Source: Octopus sinensis
Taxonomy: Eukaryota
Direction: 5' to 3'
Assembly: GCF_006345805.1 (NCBI RefSeq)
Contig: NC_042998.1
Span: 8,432,001-8,496,000, forward strand
Length of the DNA stretch: 64,000 nt
In this document: piece by piece, positions 48,968 through 62,857 of the stretch
Position numbering within the stretch: the stretch's first letter is position 1
How the letters are laid out: every line of letters starts with the position of its first letter
The notes under the pieces: model-generated
The model's database searches: none
Told to the model about the DNA's origin: nothing
What the model saw: only the letters and a program-made list of their open reading frames with translations
Position numbers and translations under genes: made by a program

Positions 48968-50475
48968 CGGTGTGTATACATTTAGTATATGATACATATG
49001 GCTATTTTAAATAAATATTGTCTCAGTTGCGTTTACCGGATAACTTTTTTTCTTTTATTTTCAAAGAAAATGTGCATTCACCGTTTTTTATAAAGTTTGA
49101 AGTTAAGCATTTACAATTCATCTGGCATAAATATCATAGTTCCTTTTTTAAAATATATCATGAAAGGAATCTTATCTCGTACGAACAAAAAACACGACTT
49201 GAAAATTTTTCAAGAAATAATAAAACAGAAAATTCTACTTTTATTGGACACCCACCATTGTTGCCACGAGAATTAGGCAAAAACTGTAGACAAGAAAGAA
49301 CAATGTGAGAACCTTTTTTTTTGAATTTACATGGGAGAATTCTTTTCTAAATTTAGTTATTAAAAATATCTCTTTTTTCCAAGAGGGAGTTTGCTATTAA
49401 ATTGTAGATTTAACTGCGTTATGCTCATTTATCTTCTGTTCTTTTATATGCACAAGTAACACTTATAAGAAGAAGCAAATCTCCCTACAGAATACATAAT
49501 AAATAAGTCGTATCTGTTAACTTCGTTGAAATTAATATTGTAAAGGAAGACCAGTAACCTAAATATTTATCAGTATTATTTTCCTCTACTGGGATTTTCG
49601 TTCAAACCCTACTGCGGTTGATTATTCTTTTCATCTATTTTTCTGGTCCTCTAAGATAGTTACCCGTAATCTACTGAAATAAATTGACTGTACTCACTCA
49701 TCATAAAAATTAACTTAGAGAAATCGTGATTAATAATATACCGAAATTATATTCCCTCCACATAAAAATTAGTTTGGTATCTTGAGTTTTTGAATATTGC
49801 ATTCAACGTCTTACTTTGTGTAGATTAATACGCTTATCAGCGAAGATATATTTGGCTACATCCGAAGGGCGCCAGTAATTTTGGGATGATTCAGTGTTCA
49901 TAATATCAGAACCAGTGATGTTCTTCTTATTTTTGAACATTTTAAAGTTCTTTTCTTACTAAAATAATAATTTCATGTCTATATTAAGTCTTCAGTTGCG
50001 ATAACAATGTCCCTACTCCTAACAATAAAACAATGAATTTTTCACTAATTCTTCTTACAGAGAGCAGCAACAAAATAATTACAATACCATTAAAACATTG
50101 CACGAGAAACATTTTTTCTTATTCACTAAAACACTGTATTCGCAAAAACATTACATCACCAAAGATTATAACTTAAAGAATACAGTCGCGGCCCACTGCA
50201 TTTTGAGTGAAAATTCTATAAGGATTTACTTTAATTTTCATCCCTTGAAGATTAATTAAATGAGTACCAGTAAAATACAGTGATGAATTTTCGATGATGC
50301 GCCATATCGAAAGGACGAACTCACGATTATTGTTATCAACTCAATATCTAATGGAAATAGATGCTTGATTTAGTATTTAGTAATTAGCTTGCATCAATTC
50401 ACACTCTTCAGCTTATTCACACGGAGTTTGGCGTTATCGTTCAGCCATTCGAATACAATAGTTAGTTGAATCTTA

Positions 50476-50896
50476 TCCCTATATATATAAAGCTGAAGTT
50501 TTCTGCGTATGGCAGGTTTGGTAGCCTTCAACTAACACTATCTCCTCCGAGACCCTGCGACACAAGTTGACCAAAATTGAGAGTATGATAGAAGAAAGCT
50601 TGCTCTTCCTTCCATAGAAAAATAATTCAAATCGGACCATGTTAACACCAAACATTATTTACATCAAAAAGGTGCTTTTTTTCTATGAAAATTCCTATTT
50701 TTTACGATTTTTTTACTGCTGCGTCACCATTTTTCGGTGTATTTCAACCAGAAAAATGTTCACGTAAAGAGAATAACAATAACAATAACAATAACAAATG
50801 TTCACTTAAAGAGAATAATGCAAAACTTTTACTTTTCAAAAATTCCAATTGTAAAGGGTCGAAACAAACCGGAGCAACGCCGGGCGAAACTGCTAG
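50476..50896 (+). mobile_element. Non-autonomous Helitron family 1 with a small internal duplication
   Basis: A|TC start, CTAG|T end; AAATGTTCAC.TAAAGAGAATAA duplicated around (AATAAC)n. Confidence 0.88.
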
Positions 50897-51311
50897 TATA
50901 CTATAATACAATTGTTATACAGAAAGCTTTACTATCAACAGGATCAATGATAATAACAATCATCAGTGTTGTTTAATAGTTTAATCTGACGGTGAGAATA
51001 ATCAGTATCCACTATTATCACTTAATGATGGTTACCAAGATTAATATTACTTTTCAAAGTCAATAATACTCGAATGAGTAATGTACATCAGAATGGAAAC
51101 TCATTTGTGTAATAAATGTCATTATGATGAGAAGTCGTCAAAAATAGCAAATGTAGCATTTGTAATGAGCCTCACTTTACTTGTGTTTTTTCAATTAAAA
51201 ATGGAATAAAGTTGTAAATATGCCTTTTGAAGATTTAGCAGCTATTTTTGGTGTTAACGATACTAAATTGACATTTTTTCATAGAAGGAGTTTATTATTA
51301 TTGAGAATGTA

Positions 51312-51498
51312 AAGATGGAAAGCTGACAGAATCGTTCGCTCGCCGGGCAAAATGCTTAGCGGTATTTCGTCCGTCTTTACGTTCTGAGTTCAAATTTCGC
51401 CGAGGTTGACTTTGCCTTTCATCCTTTCGGGTCGATAAAATAAGTACCATTTGAGTACCTTCCTACAAAATGCTGGCCTTGTGCCAAAATATGAAACC
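51312..51498 (+). mobile_element. SINE family A variant (alternative tail) with 18-bp TSD
   Basis: TSD ATTAT(T/C)ATTGAGAATGTA at 51294-51311 and 51499-51516. Confidence 0.88.
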
Positions 51499-52199
51499 AT
51501 TATCATTGAGAATGTATGACGAAAATATTTTTACTTGTACATGGGAGAGTTCTAATGTAGGAGTGGTTGTTAATATCTACAATGAAGTGCATAGAGTAAA
51601 AAATAACGCTATATGAACCTTAATTAGGAAATTTAAGATAGTGTAAGGGGTACAGTTCTTTTTCAGCTTAGTCAGAGAGAAAAGGGCAGCACCCACAGAC
51701 ATTTATTTTAATTAGGTCCTCCGAACTGGAGATGGGAGAAAGTGAAGAACTTATTCCCAAATGTGAGGCATAGCCCGATAGCATGCAATAGAGTAAAATC
51801 AACTAAAGGTTTCCAAGAACCATATGGCGTTGACAAACTATTTGACATACAAGTTTATCACCCAAAACTCAAATCACAAAGATCCAGAACAAAAACTGAA
51901 GATGTGTTGTCCGACGCTCTACCATTTCTGCCATTTTTCTGTCGTGGACAAGTAATTTATTTTATCGATCACGGAAGGATTAGCGACAAAGTTGATGCAA
52001 ATAGGATCTCAACTTAGAATGTAAAGAACCGAGACAGATAATGCAAGGCATTTTTCACACATTCTGACAACTTTTCCAATTCGCTGCCTGCTGGTTCAGT
52101 AAAAGTTAGAAAGAGAACTGTCAATATTTACAATGAAGATGAGGCTTTTGATTTCGGTTGTTAGGGACAGCTAGAATATATGTGCCAAATATTTCCATA

Positions 52200-52289
52200 T
52201 CACATTTGCTCAAACATTTTCCTGGCATCACGGGCAACAAATATTGCTTTCACAATGATTCCAAGTGCAAGCAGCCACAGGAGTATGAC
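52200..52289 (-). CDS. Candidate terminal exon of an unidentified membrane-protein gene (VILLWLLALGIIVKAIFVARDARKMFEQM*)
   Basis: Strong acceptor TTTTCCTTTTAG|G; hydrophobic helix plus basic tail in phase 0; no homology recognised. Confidence 0.35.
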   Translation of the reverse strand, partial: VILLWLLALGIIVKAIFVARDARKMFEQM

Positions 52290-53655
52290 CTAAAAGGAAA
52301 AGTACAAGCTCTATATCTTTAGCATCACTAAGCAGAGAAACAGGTTTTAAATGACAAAGGATTTCTGAGAGAAAATTAATGCTAGAATTATAGAAAATAA
52401 TTGACAGGGCTAAATAATCTTTCTTTCTTTCTTTCTTTTGGTATGGAACCTCTTATTACACGCTTCAATTACTCGAAGTAGACAGAAAACGAAGAGTTAA
52501 AAGTTTGAAGAATATAAAACAATCGAGAGAATTCATGGAAGATAAAGCTCTGTTTATATCTAGAATAGTTGTTTTGTAAGAACTTAAGCTGGCTGCAACT
52601 TGTATAGCACGTCGTATTGAAGAATGAGAATAAGGACAAAACTCCAGTAGGGGGGTTGTTGTGACTGAACAACAAGATGAGCAACGAATATAATCATGAA
52701 GAACCAATGATTACAACGTCAGTTAGTTTGTTTCTTTAGTCGTGGGTCAACTCTGATCGAGCAGTGGCCTTCTAATCATAACCATCTTCTCTTTTATTCT
52801 TACTTAATGTATCAGGAATGCGCTATCTAATGTGCTTGTATTCATTGCTAAATTGGAAGGCTTATGATTCAAGGGAAATGTTATTACTATTTATAGTAGT
52901 TCGATCGATCTCGTAGACGTTCGCTCTAAATCATGTTTTAAAGATTAGAGGCTGAAAATACGATGGTTTCAATTCATTTGGCAAGGAAGAGCACTGTGTG
53001 GTCGCATTTTAGAAGTAGTGAATGCCTGCTAGACGTGACTAACTCAAAAATGCTCCTTTACTTTATTGGTATCCATATTTATTTTTAAGAGGACCACAAT
53101 CCCCAGTTGAAATAATAGGTGGGGTTCTGGCAGACTGTTTATGTTGTTTGAATAACTCTACGATAGTATTTGGCAGATCACTTATATTTTATTGGGTTAA
53201 ACAATTAGATAATTTGAAGCATATTGAGTGATGTACCCTGTCACTCTCATAAGTGTCTGCGACGTTCGAAAATTAGATTTGGAAAGTCGGTTTATAATTG
53301 GCAAAGATTCAATCAGAATATTTTTCACTGCTTTTAATATTGTCAGAAACTTTTCATCAATAATAAGATATTTCGGTAATAACAACGATAAAGATATTTC
53401 ATATTCGATCTGTTAACAACGACAGTAAAGGATATAGAGAAACTTTTTATTGCTAGGGCCAAATACGATTGTCCAGTCATGACAAACTCACACGTGCATA
53501 TACACCCTAATTTATATTCATACACATAAATACAAACGCAAAAGAAACATAGACAGGCTGTCTCCTGTCCGTTCTGTAAACTTTGACTAACGGTTGTAAT
53601 CAGCAACATGTGTGTGTGTATCTGACTCCACCCTAGTACTGGATTAGCTACAGCA

Positions 53656-53694
<39 letters not shown>

Positions 53695-53695
53695 C

Positions 53696-53977
<282 letters not shown>

Positions 53978-54650
53978 CTGCAAAAACGAAGAAAAATAAG
54001 TAATAAAGATATGAAGAAGCTAGTTTTTTCGTGCATATGAGAACATGAGAAAATAACTAACTTCTTAGAATATTGTATTTCAAATATGTACGGGTGTATA
54101 CTTGAATATACTTAATGTGTGCATATATATATGGGCTAAAATAAATTCAGTTTCCGTTAATCCGTCAAATTAAACTACACCAAATTTTACCGAGTATTTC
54201 GATTAATGATGTGAGAGATAAGTGTTCTCGGCAGCTTTTCCTTTGTACAAGCTTAATTTGCGTGATGAAACTATCATATAATCTATTCTCATGAGCAAGA
54301 GGAGGATTCTAAGTTTGCAAAGCAAACCAATGATCGGATTACTTCTAGTTCAGGGCTTTATCACTGATTCAGTGTCTTTCTTATCTGTTAGATTGTGTGA
54401 TATGTGAGACTTAGCACCAATACTAATTCAGAGACGTTCAGGTAAGATGCTGTCTCTTCGTCTATTCAGCTGGCCTGATTCAGGGTTAATTGACTGGCAG
54501 ACAAATTTTGCTATAGAAAAATATTCCAATCATTATTCTCGCATTTCTCAATATAACTTTCTAACCAAGCATTATGTTCAATATGCAGGACTACAGTTAC
54601 GATTTCATTTTCTATATTTATAATGTTATCATTTTATATTTTTCAATATA

Positions 54651-54995
54651 GTCTGTGTGGTAAGAAGCTTGCTTCCCAACCACATGGTTCCGAGTTCAGT
54701 CCCGCTGCGTGGCACCTTGGCTAAGTGTCTTCTACTACAGCCTCGGGCCGACCAGAGTGGATTTGGTTGACGGAAACCGGAAGACGCCCGTCGTATGCGT
54801 GTGTGTGTGTGTGTCGGTGTGTGTGTGTCCGCCATCATTTGACAACCGATGCTGGTGTATTTATGTCCTCGTAACTTAGCGGACTAAGCTTACAAAGAAG
54901 AAGCTCTGAAGTCGATTTCTTCGACTAACACCCTTTAAGGCGGTGCTCCAGCATGGCCGCAGTAAAATGACTGAAACAAGTAAAAGAATAAAACA
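54651..54995 (+). mobile_element. SINE family B with small deletions
   Basis: Colinear with other family B copies. Confidence 0.85.
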
Positions 54996-55333
54996 ATAAA
55001 ACATATTATTCTGGTATTTAAAATAAAATGTAAGTTCTGGTACAGTGCGTTTAAACGACGGAACCTAGACAGATCTTTTATTTCTTACAAATTATGTATG
55101 ACAAAATTATTAATAGCGTAACAGAATTTATTAAGACGAGACAACAAAATTTACAAAACAATAGACTATTAACTACTTTCTTATAATTATTCAGCGACAT
55201 ATACTGATAAGTTCGTGAAAATGAAATACAAACAGATATCGCAATGCAAACGCTATGAAGTAAGATGTAAACCTTATTGCAAGAGGAAAATGGCGTTTAA
55301 TAGTAGGCATCGCTCGAAAGAAGTAATAGATAA

Positions 55334-55726
55334 TCTCTCTCTATGTATAAAGCTGAAGTTGTCTGTGTATGGCAGGTTTGGTAGCCTTCAACTAACACTA
55401 TCTCCTCCGAGACCCTGCGGCGCAAGTTGACCAAAATTGAGAGTATGATAGAAGAAGGCTTGCTCTTCCTTCAGTAGAAGAAAAGATTCAAATCGGACCA
55501 TGTTAACACCAAAAATTATTTACATCAAAAAGGTGCTTTTTATCTATGAAAATCCCTATTTTTTACGATTTTTTGACTGCTGTGTCGTCATTTTTGGGTA
55601 TATTACAACCAGAAAAACGTTCACTGAAAGAGAATAACAAGCTACATAATGCAAAAGTTTTACATTTCAAAAATTCCAATTTAAAGGGTCGAAACAAACC
55701 CGAGCAACGCCGGGCGATACTGCTAG
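55334..55726 (+). mobile_element. Non-autonomous Helitron family 1
   Basis: A|TC start; hairpin CCCG-AGCAACGC-CGGG then CTAG|T. Confidence 0.9.
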
Positions 55727-57087
55727 TATCCAATAAGAGCGAATCTATAGGCAACCCGAAACTGTGAAAGGCTTTTTCTGTTCGGTTGAAGCGATTTTCT
55801 TTCATATCTACCATAGATGGTGTTGGAAAAGTTATAAACATAATTTTTCAATGCTCTAGCTTAAAAGATTTAAAGCTATAGCTTCTTTCGATTAGGAAAA
55901 ATGAAACTAAATTTAGTCCATCTGTGTATCATACTTAATGTAGATATATTGCTAAAAGCAAATTTACTGCGATATGTATTATGTACGGGCTGTATTTAAA
56001 GTTACAATATACATCTGAAGCAGACGAAAATCGCCCTACCAGTTATGAGAATGCTAGAGAAAATGCTAGAAATGCATTTCTGCCTTGGTGGTTGTGGTCA
56101 GTACCATGTATTCACATTCAACTGAATGCTAAGATGAAATACGTTTACACTCTTGTAGAAAAAAGAGTAAGTAGACACAAAGAGTTGCTTTTAGCGATCT
56201 GTCTACATTAAGTATGATACACAGATGAATATTTTAACCTAATGCTGTTTCTGTTACAATTTAGTATTTAAGGAAAAATGTTGAACAGCATGCTAAGTGA
56301 AAGCAAATAACAATGGAATATTGTGGTTGCCAAGGTATAACTATTGTTCATTGTTTAAATAACGAAAGTAACTCTTTTATTCGAGTGTGGTAAAGGCATT
56401 AAAATAATAAGAGTATGAAAAAGATTCGTACAAAGAAATTCGATATGTTTGAAAATATTATATTGTGAAAAAATGTGTGTGTGTGTGTGTGTGTGTGTGA
56501 AAAAGTAACAGATAAAATACAATGGAAGGGAATAGCCTCGTAAAACAGTAAGAATGTTTCAATCTTCAAAAGTAAGAGATAAAACAGTTGTGACCGCTAC
56601 GTGTTACGAACTCACAAAATTGCAGTAAAATATCTAAAATTTCAGATCTAAAACATTAGGAGCAAACAATTCGCAGAATGCATACAAAAACTAAAGCATT
56701 CTGATCTGCCATTCAAACCAAAGTCGTCTTAAAGCTAGATTGCCATTTCCTTACACAAAACATGCGGCACGGATCTGGACGAAAATTACAGTTCTGGTTT
56801 TTCAGAACTCAGCATTAACCAGAAAAAAATTAAAATGCATAAGATTCTGTCTGCTTTAATGATCGAATATTGTTTTCCATTGCAATAAGGCTCATGGATA
56901 CTAAACATAGAATTGCTTTCTAAAGCAACACTGACTCAAGCTGTTAATACAAATATTTAAACATCGCGACACGTGTTGAAAGCTCTTTTCTTTCATTTGT
57001 ACAACTGTTTGCGTATATATAAATATAAATATATTTATGTGTGTGTATGTGTCTGTGTGTGTTGTGTATACATGTGTGTATACATAC

Positions 57088-57157
<70 letters not shown>

Positions 57158-57164
57158 TTAACCC

Positions 57165-57365
57165 AAACAAGAAAACACAAAAAAACAAAAAAATACACAA
57201 CACGAGGACGTGGAACAAATATAGTATTATTGGACGCTCAGGAAAGAAGGAAAGAAGGAGGGTTTAACGTTTCGAGCGGAGCTCTTCGTCGGAAACATAG
57301 GAGAAGGAAAGATCCAGAAAAGGGAAGACAGAGGGAAAAAAATCGCCAACGGTACACACGAGGTA
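57165..57365 (-). mobile_element. Penelope-like terminal-repeat fragment between TA tracts
   Basis: Contains a minimal hammerhead motif; the family assignment is inferred from it. Confidence 0.5.
57262..57296 (-). ncRNA. Minimal type-I hammerhead ribozyme motif (U4C variant)
   Basis: GUUU-CCGACGA-A-GAGC(UCC)GCUC-GAAA-CG-UU-AAAC: stem I GUUU/AAAC, stem II 4 bp, palindromic AACGUU in place of stem III. Confidence 0.6.
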
Positions 57366-58040
57366 TATATATATATACATACATACACTATGTAATTTCG
57401 TGAATGACGGCGCTACATACGTTCACAGAACTAAGTTAATCCCTACAATTTGAGGCGGGTTACATGGTTAAAACTGTTGCTGACCAGACAATGCTTAGCT
57501 TATTTGTGTGTGAGAGCAGCAACATAGTTTACTTTCATTTATAATTATGAATAAGAATGATTATTTCAAATAATCCATAACATCTCATTAACACCTGAAT
57601 TTATTTCAAGTGACTTAGAATACTCGGTTACTTCAGAACATGGAATATCAAATTTCCGTTAGGTCAAGTCTTCATTTAAGGGTCCATTTGAATATAGGAA
57701 GACTCTATCGACGATGTTCATTGTTATTGTTTGTGTGAAACTTCGTGTAATAATGGAATACATCATAAACTTTTAACTTAAAAATGTAAATCTTGTACAA
57801 TGCATTGAATGCTCTTTGTTTTCATATATGCATAGAAGCATAAATTTGCTTGACTCTTGTTCAGTTAGATGTACAAACCGAGGATAATCAGTTATTCTCG
57901 ATTATCCGTCTCTATTCATTGAAAAATATGCAAATGCTATAAATCAGTGGTTCCCAACCCATTTATTTAAATGAGTTTTCCCACGGATCTCTTTTAATAT
58001 GCGTATCTTTATATATGTATATATATATATATATATATAT

Positions 58041-58198
58041 CAACAATCAAGGAACGGCCATAATAGGCCATTCATCCACAGTTCCTTGATTGTTGATGTT
58101 GAACTTAAAAATGGTCTATGACTATTTAATTTTTTCCCACTAGGCCGCTGGTGGCAAAAAAAAATTCTACAAAATTTTTTTTTGCCACCCTATATTGA

Positions 58199-58203
<5 letters not shown>
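58041..58203. mobile_element. Short (TA)n-flanked element related to 28041-28648
   Basis: 17-bp IR at 58039-58055/58081-58097, GGCC hairpin, TAGGCCGCTGGT and terminal GGTGGCAAAA..TTTTGCCACC stem. Confidence 0.7.
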
Positions 58204-58221
<18 letters not shown>

Positions 58222-58229
<8 letters not shown>

Positions 58230-60070
58230 AATTGAATTAGAGATAAAACCACTATTAGGAAAATCAAACAATGAAAAACATAAACCAAAACATAAAAATA
58301 CACATAATATAATATGCAAAATATATAAAATATAAAATTTTAAATTTATATTTATAATTTTCTATATATACATTTTTTAAATATTCTTTAAATTTTAAAT
58401 TAATAAATTTTTTAATTTTTAATTTTTTGTTTTCTTTTTTTTTATATATAACTATCAAAGATTATTAAAAAGTTTAATATAAGATAATAAGTAAAACCAC
58501 TACGTACGTTTCATGGCCATAACCTAATTCGAATTACAATAATTTAAATTCAATTAAAAATTTGAATTATAGTTATAGTCAATCTTCAGGTTAATGGTAA
58601 TAGTTAAATAAATAAGCAAATATATTTAAACAATATTTTTTAAGAAATAAATAAAATAATAATTTTTCTTATAAAAAAACTCTATTATCAAACTAGAAAC
58701 TTTAACGATTAGGATTATGTCATACAATCCAATTTTAATGCTAAATATTAATTTTTAAGGTAAAAATAGATAGAAAATGTATTTATCTATTCAGATATAA
58801 TATGGCTTTAAAAAACATAATAAACTCACGAATAACCTACTCTCAGTTATAGTCAATATCTAATTACCTAATTATTTAACAAAAAAATAATCACTATTCA
58901 TATTATTAAATTTAAGTTGAAATCTAATAATTATAAAATATTTGAATAATAACTAAATTAATATCAATAAATATATATAAATATAATAATTAAGATCTAA
59001 AATTATTTCTATCAATAAATATATATACGTATTATAAAAAACTAAATAAATTAATTATTCTATTATTACTTACGAAATATATTAAAAAATTAAAAAATTA
59101 AAGATGAAAAAGCAAATTGTAAACGTATAACCTATCTTTAAAAAACCCTATAACTATTTAACTATCAATATGTCTCGTTGGCTAATTAATAACTTACAAA
59201 ACCCTATAGTTATGATCTAATAATGAAATAATGAAATACATATCTTCAACAACTAAATGCTTATACAATCAAATTATCAATCCGTAGTTGTATAGTATCC
59301 AATAAATACTATATAACATAAATTATTAAAATACTAAAATAAATTTAATAAAAAGGTTTACTTATTTTTCAAAAATCGTGTCATTAACTAAACTAATAAT
59401 AAACAAATGGAAAATTCTTTATCAATGAAAACTACGAATATATTTTATCAATGAAAAAACTACTACAAATTGTCAATTGAAAATAGCTATATTTAAGCTA
59501 TAATAGAACAAAGTCAACTATTAGAGATATTTATGAATATATAATACGGCTTAAAAAAACATAATAAACTCACAAATATACTTAACTCAGTTATAGTCCA
59601 AAAATTTAATTAGCAAATTATTTAACTAAATAATCGTTATTCATATTTTAGATTTAAGTACACATCTAATAATTATAAAATATTTAAAAATAATAACTAA
59701 ATTACTATCAACAAATATAGTGATTAAAAACTAAAATTTATGCTATCAATAAATGTATAGACATATAAAGAAAAATAAATAAATTAATTAATCCAATACT
59801 ACTTACATAAATATTAAATATCAATATAATATAATTATGAGATACATTAAAAAATTAAAGATTAAAATCAAATTAAAACCAGAAACCTAACTTTAAAAAA
59901 ATCGTATAACTGTTAACGATCTATATATCTCTTTGACTAAGTAAAATCTTAAAATAACGTAGAGTTAAAATCTAATAATTATATACATAACTTCAACAAC
60001 TAAATCATTACATAACAATCAGTATATATATAGTATACAAAATAATACAATAATATATAAATATAAATAA
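58222..60070. repeat. Extremely AT-rich block containing two diverged tandem copies (period ~744 bp)
   Basis: TA(T/C)GGCTT.AAAAAACATAATAAACTCAC at 58801 and 59545; about 16% GC by hand count over 58261-59400. Confidence 0.8.
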
Positions 60071-60557
60071 CAACCGGTGTATTTCGACCAATAAAGGCGA
60101 ATCAAGTTGAGCTGTCCTGTATAGAGTGAAAGCCTTGAGGCAGGAACATAGGAGATGAACATAGGAGATGAAAGCCATAAGACAGGAATATAAGAGATGC
60201 TTCGACGAAGTTTTTATTTAGTTCACGGACCCCAATACTACCGCCATAAATATAACTGTAAATCATATGCTTTATTGAAAATACGGAAAACATTTTCAAG
60301 CGTTTTTAGGTATATTCTTCGGAAGACCTTCTTACAAGTAAAAGAAATTAAAGAGAAATCAGCAGACAAACACGGGTTTGAAACACGGTAGTTCCCTCTC
60401 ACAACAAAGGCTTTAAATACTTCGAATCCGACTTCAATATACCATCAATTTCTTTCAAACAGTCTGGAATAGCTATTGTAAATACTGAATAAACACTCTG
60501 AATATCCGCACAAAATAACAATGAATGTATACAAGCTAACTATTGGACTCAAAATTG

Positions 60558-60732
60558 GACACACGGTCAGAAAGTTCGGGTTAGGGGCTTAGTCGATTTT
60601 ATCGACCTCGGTGCTCAACTGCTACTTATTTAATCAACCCCGGTGAAATTTGAACTCAGAACGTAAAGGCGAACGAAAAGCCACTACACATTATGCCCGG
60701 CGTGCATAATGATTCTGCCAGTACGCCGCCCT
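60558..60732 (-). mobile_element. SINE family A variant, degenerate
   Basis: GAAATTTGAACTCAGAACGTAAAG...GCCCGGCGTGC...GATTCTGCCAG.ACGCCGCC. Confidence 0.75.
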
Positions 60733-61879
60733 ATAAGATCTAAATATTATCACACAGTTTAAGCCCCTGACAAACATAATTAAAACTTAGAAAAACAGCA
60801 TTTCCTTAGACAATATTATAAATACTGAATGGAAGGATTTCTCCTTATTAAAAATAGAAGGCATCGTGGTCGCCATGATGCATTTTTACATCACCTTTAT
60901 CGTTTACGCTGTTAACCTCATCTCCATTCTAAAATGTAGATGAATAAATCCTTGAAAAAGCGAACTAGATATAGCTAGGTAGCCAGTTCATTCTCGAAGT
61001 CATTAGCCTTAAACTAGATGTATAACGGTATAACAGTATGGCTCTTATTAGATGAGTCTACGACTATGTAACTTATGGTTTAACCAAACTGAATATCTTA
61101 GATGAATGTATATAAGCTAAATATTGGACATGCATTTATGTCAAAAAACCTCTCCTCCGGAAAGCTCTGGTATTTGGGCGACAGTCCATCCCAATCATTT
61201 ATCTTCACATTAGAAGATTATAGAACACTAGAAAGTCACTTTTATATCGTTCTATCCTACTGAATCAAAGTGGGGTGCCCTATTGATCGACGTCTCTATT
61301 GATAATTATAACAGAAGTGATATGACAAATCTCATGCAGTTGTTTAGCCTTAGAAAACAAACCTTCCTACATAACTCATGATTATACAAAGATGATATTT
61401 TGGTATTTTCATACAATATGAATGATCTCGCCATAAACAGATTTAGAAATCATTCAATGTGCATAATAAATATCCATTATACATCGTTTTAAGCAGCAAT
61501 TTAATGTACATCTACATATAACGTTATCATTAAAGTTATAAATGTATTTCCTCTATAGAAAGCCAAACGTAGAAGTCCTATACATCCACAAGAATTCTAG
61601 CGATCCCTAATATAATTTGTAACCAGGTGGAAGGTATACATAAGAGAGTCACCACTCTGTGAACAGGGAATTATTGCTGGGAAAGCAACCTATTACAACA
61701 TGGCATTAAATAGAAGTGATTTCGGTGAAGACATAGTTTACATTAAGAACACTCTACCCACTCCACCAGAGAAGGTATTCTGATTTAATGCACTCAAATA
61801 ACTTAGATGATTCCACGAACGTAGCCAGGGATTTCTAGTGGGAAAGCTTTAGTAAGGAAATGTTTACTAAAAAAAAAAA

Positions 61880-62140
61880 GACTGCTTTAAGGTTCTTCTT
61901 CAGGTTGGGGAACAACCAAAAGTTACAGGGAGCGAAATGTGAACTGCAGGGAGAGTGAAGGAGAGTTTTGGTGTCAAGTAGGGTTACCAGGATGCGCATG
62001 CTCAGATCTTCATTACTATTTCTCTGTACAGTTGCCACACCAAATCCAAACCGTATGCTTAATGTCTTTATAAACACACGACAGTCTTCATTCGGAAAAT
62101 TACGAATTTTCCCAACCAGCTCTGATGTTCTGACATTTCT
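61880..62140 (-). mobile_element. Decayed, internally deleted mariner fragment
   Basis: HSPCSSHFAPCNFWLFPNLKK resembles HPPYSPDLAPCDFWLFPKLK; upstream EDCRVFIK...GVATVQ...EDLSMR resembles the mariner HTH linker. Confidence 0.6.
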
Positions 62141-62244
62141 TTCCCTCTCATTGTCTCTCGTCTTCTCCCAACTGTATTTTACCTTCTTCTGCCTCTACAA
62201 AAGTTTATCTATAATCAGTCTGGAGCATTCCATAAATTATTTCT

Positions 62245-62857
62245 TATTTCTTTATTACCCCACAAGGGGCTAAACGTAGAGGGGACAACCAAGGACACAC
62301 ACACGGATTAAGACGATTACATCGACCCAGTGCGTAACTGGTACTTAATTTATCGACCCCGAAAGGATGAAAGGCAAAGTCGACCTCGGCGGAATTTGAA
62401 CTCAGAACGTAACAGCAGACGAAATACCTATTTCCTTACTACCAACAAGGGGCTAAGCATAAAGGGGATAAACAAGGACAGACAAACGGATTAAGTCGAT
62501 TATATCGACCCTAGTGCGTAACTGGTACTTACTTTATCGACCCCGAAAGGATGGAAGGCAAAGTCGACCTCAGCGGAATTTGAACTCAGAACGTAACAGC
62601 AGACGAAATACCTATTTCTTTACTACCAACAAGGGGATAAACAAGGACAGACAAATGGATTAAGTCGATTATATCGACCCCAGTGCGTAACTGGCACTTA
62701 ATTTATCGACCCCAGTGCGTAACTGGTACTTAATTTATCGACCCCGAAAGGATGGAAGCAAAGTCAACCCCGGCGGAATTTGAACTCAGAACATAACAGC
62801 ATACGAAATACCGCTATGCATTTCGCCCCGCGTGCTAACGTTTCTGCCAGCTCGCCG
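62245..62857 (-). mobile_element. SINE family A trimer (head + 3 bodies)
   Basis: Junctions GAAATACC|TATTTC at 62428/62429 and 62612/62613, 184-bp period; the third unit has a 32-bp internal duplication at ATCGACCCC. Confidence 0.92.

Noticed and set aside
54392-54442. Plus-strand exon-like segment with a CAG|GTAAGA donor
   Set aside because: Stops in all three frames; no evidence of a transcript
58222-60070. NUMT of the mitochondrial control region
   Set aside because: No recognisable mitochondrial gene or tRNA adjoins it; only composition suggests it. Not fully excluded without BLAST
60102-60299. ORF YIYGGSIGVRELNKNF.. as a confident exon
   Set aside because: Its 3' half is an internal tandem repeat and I found no donor site
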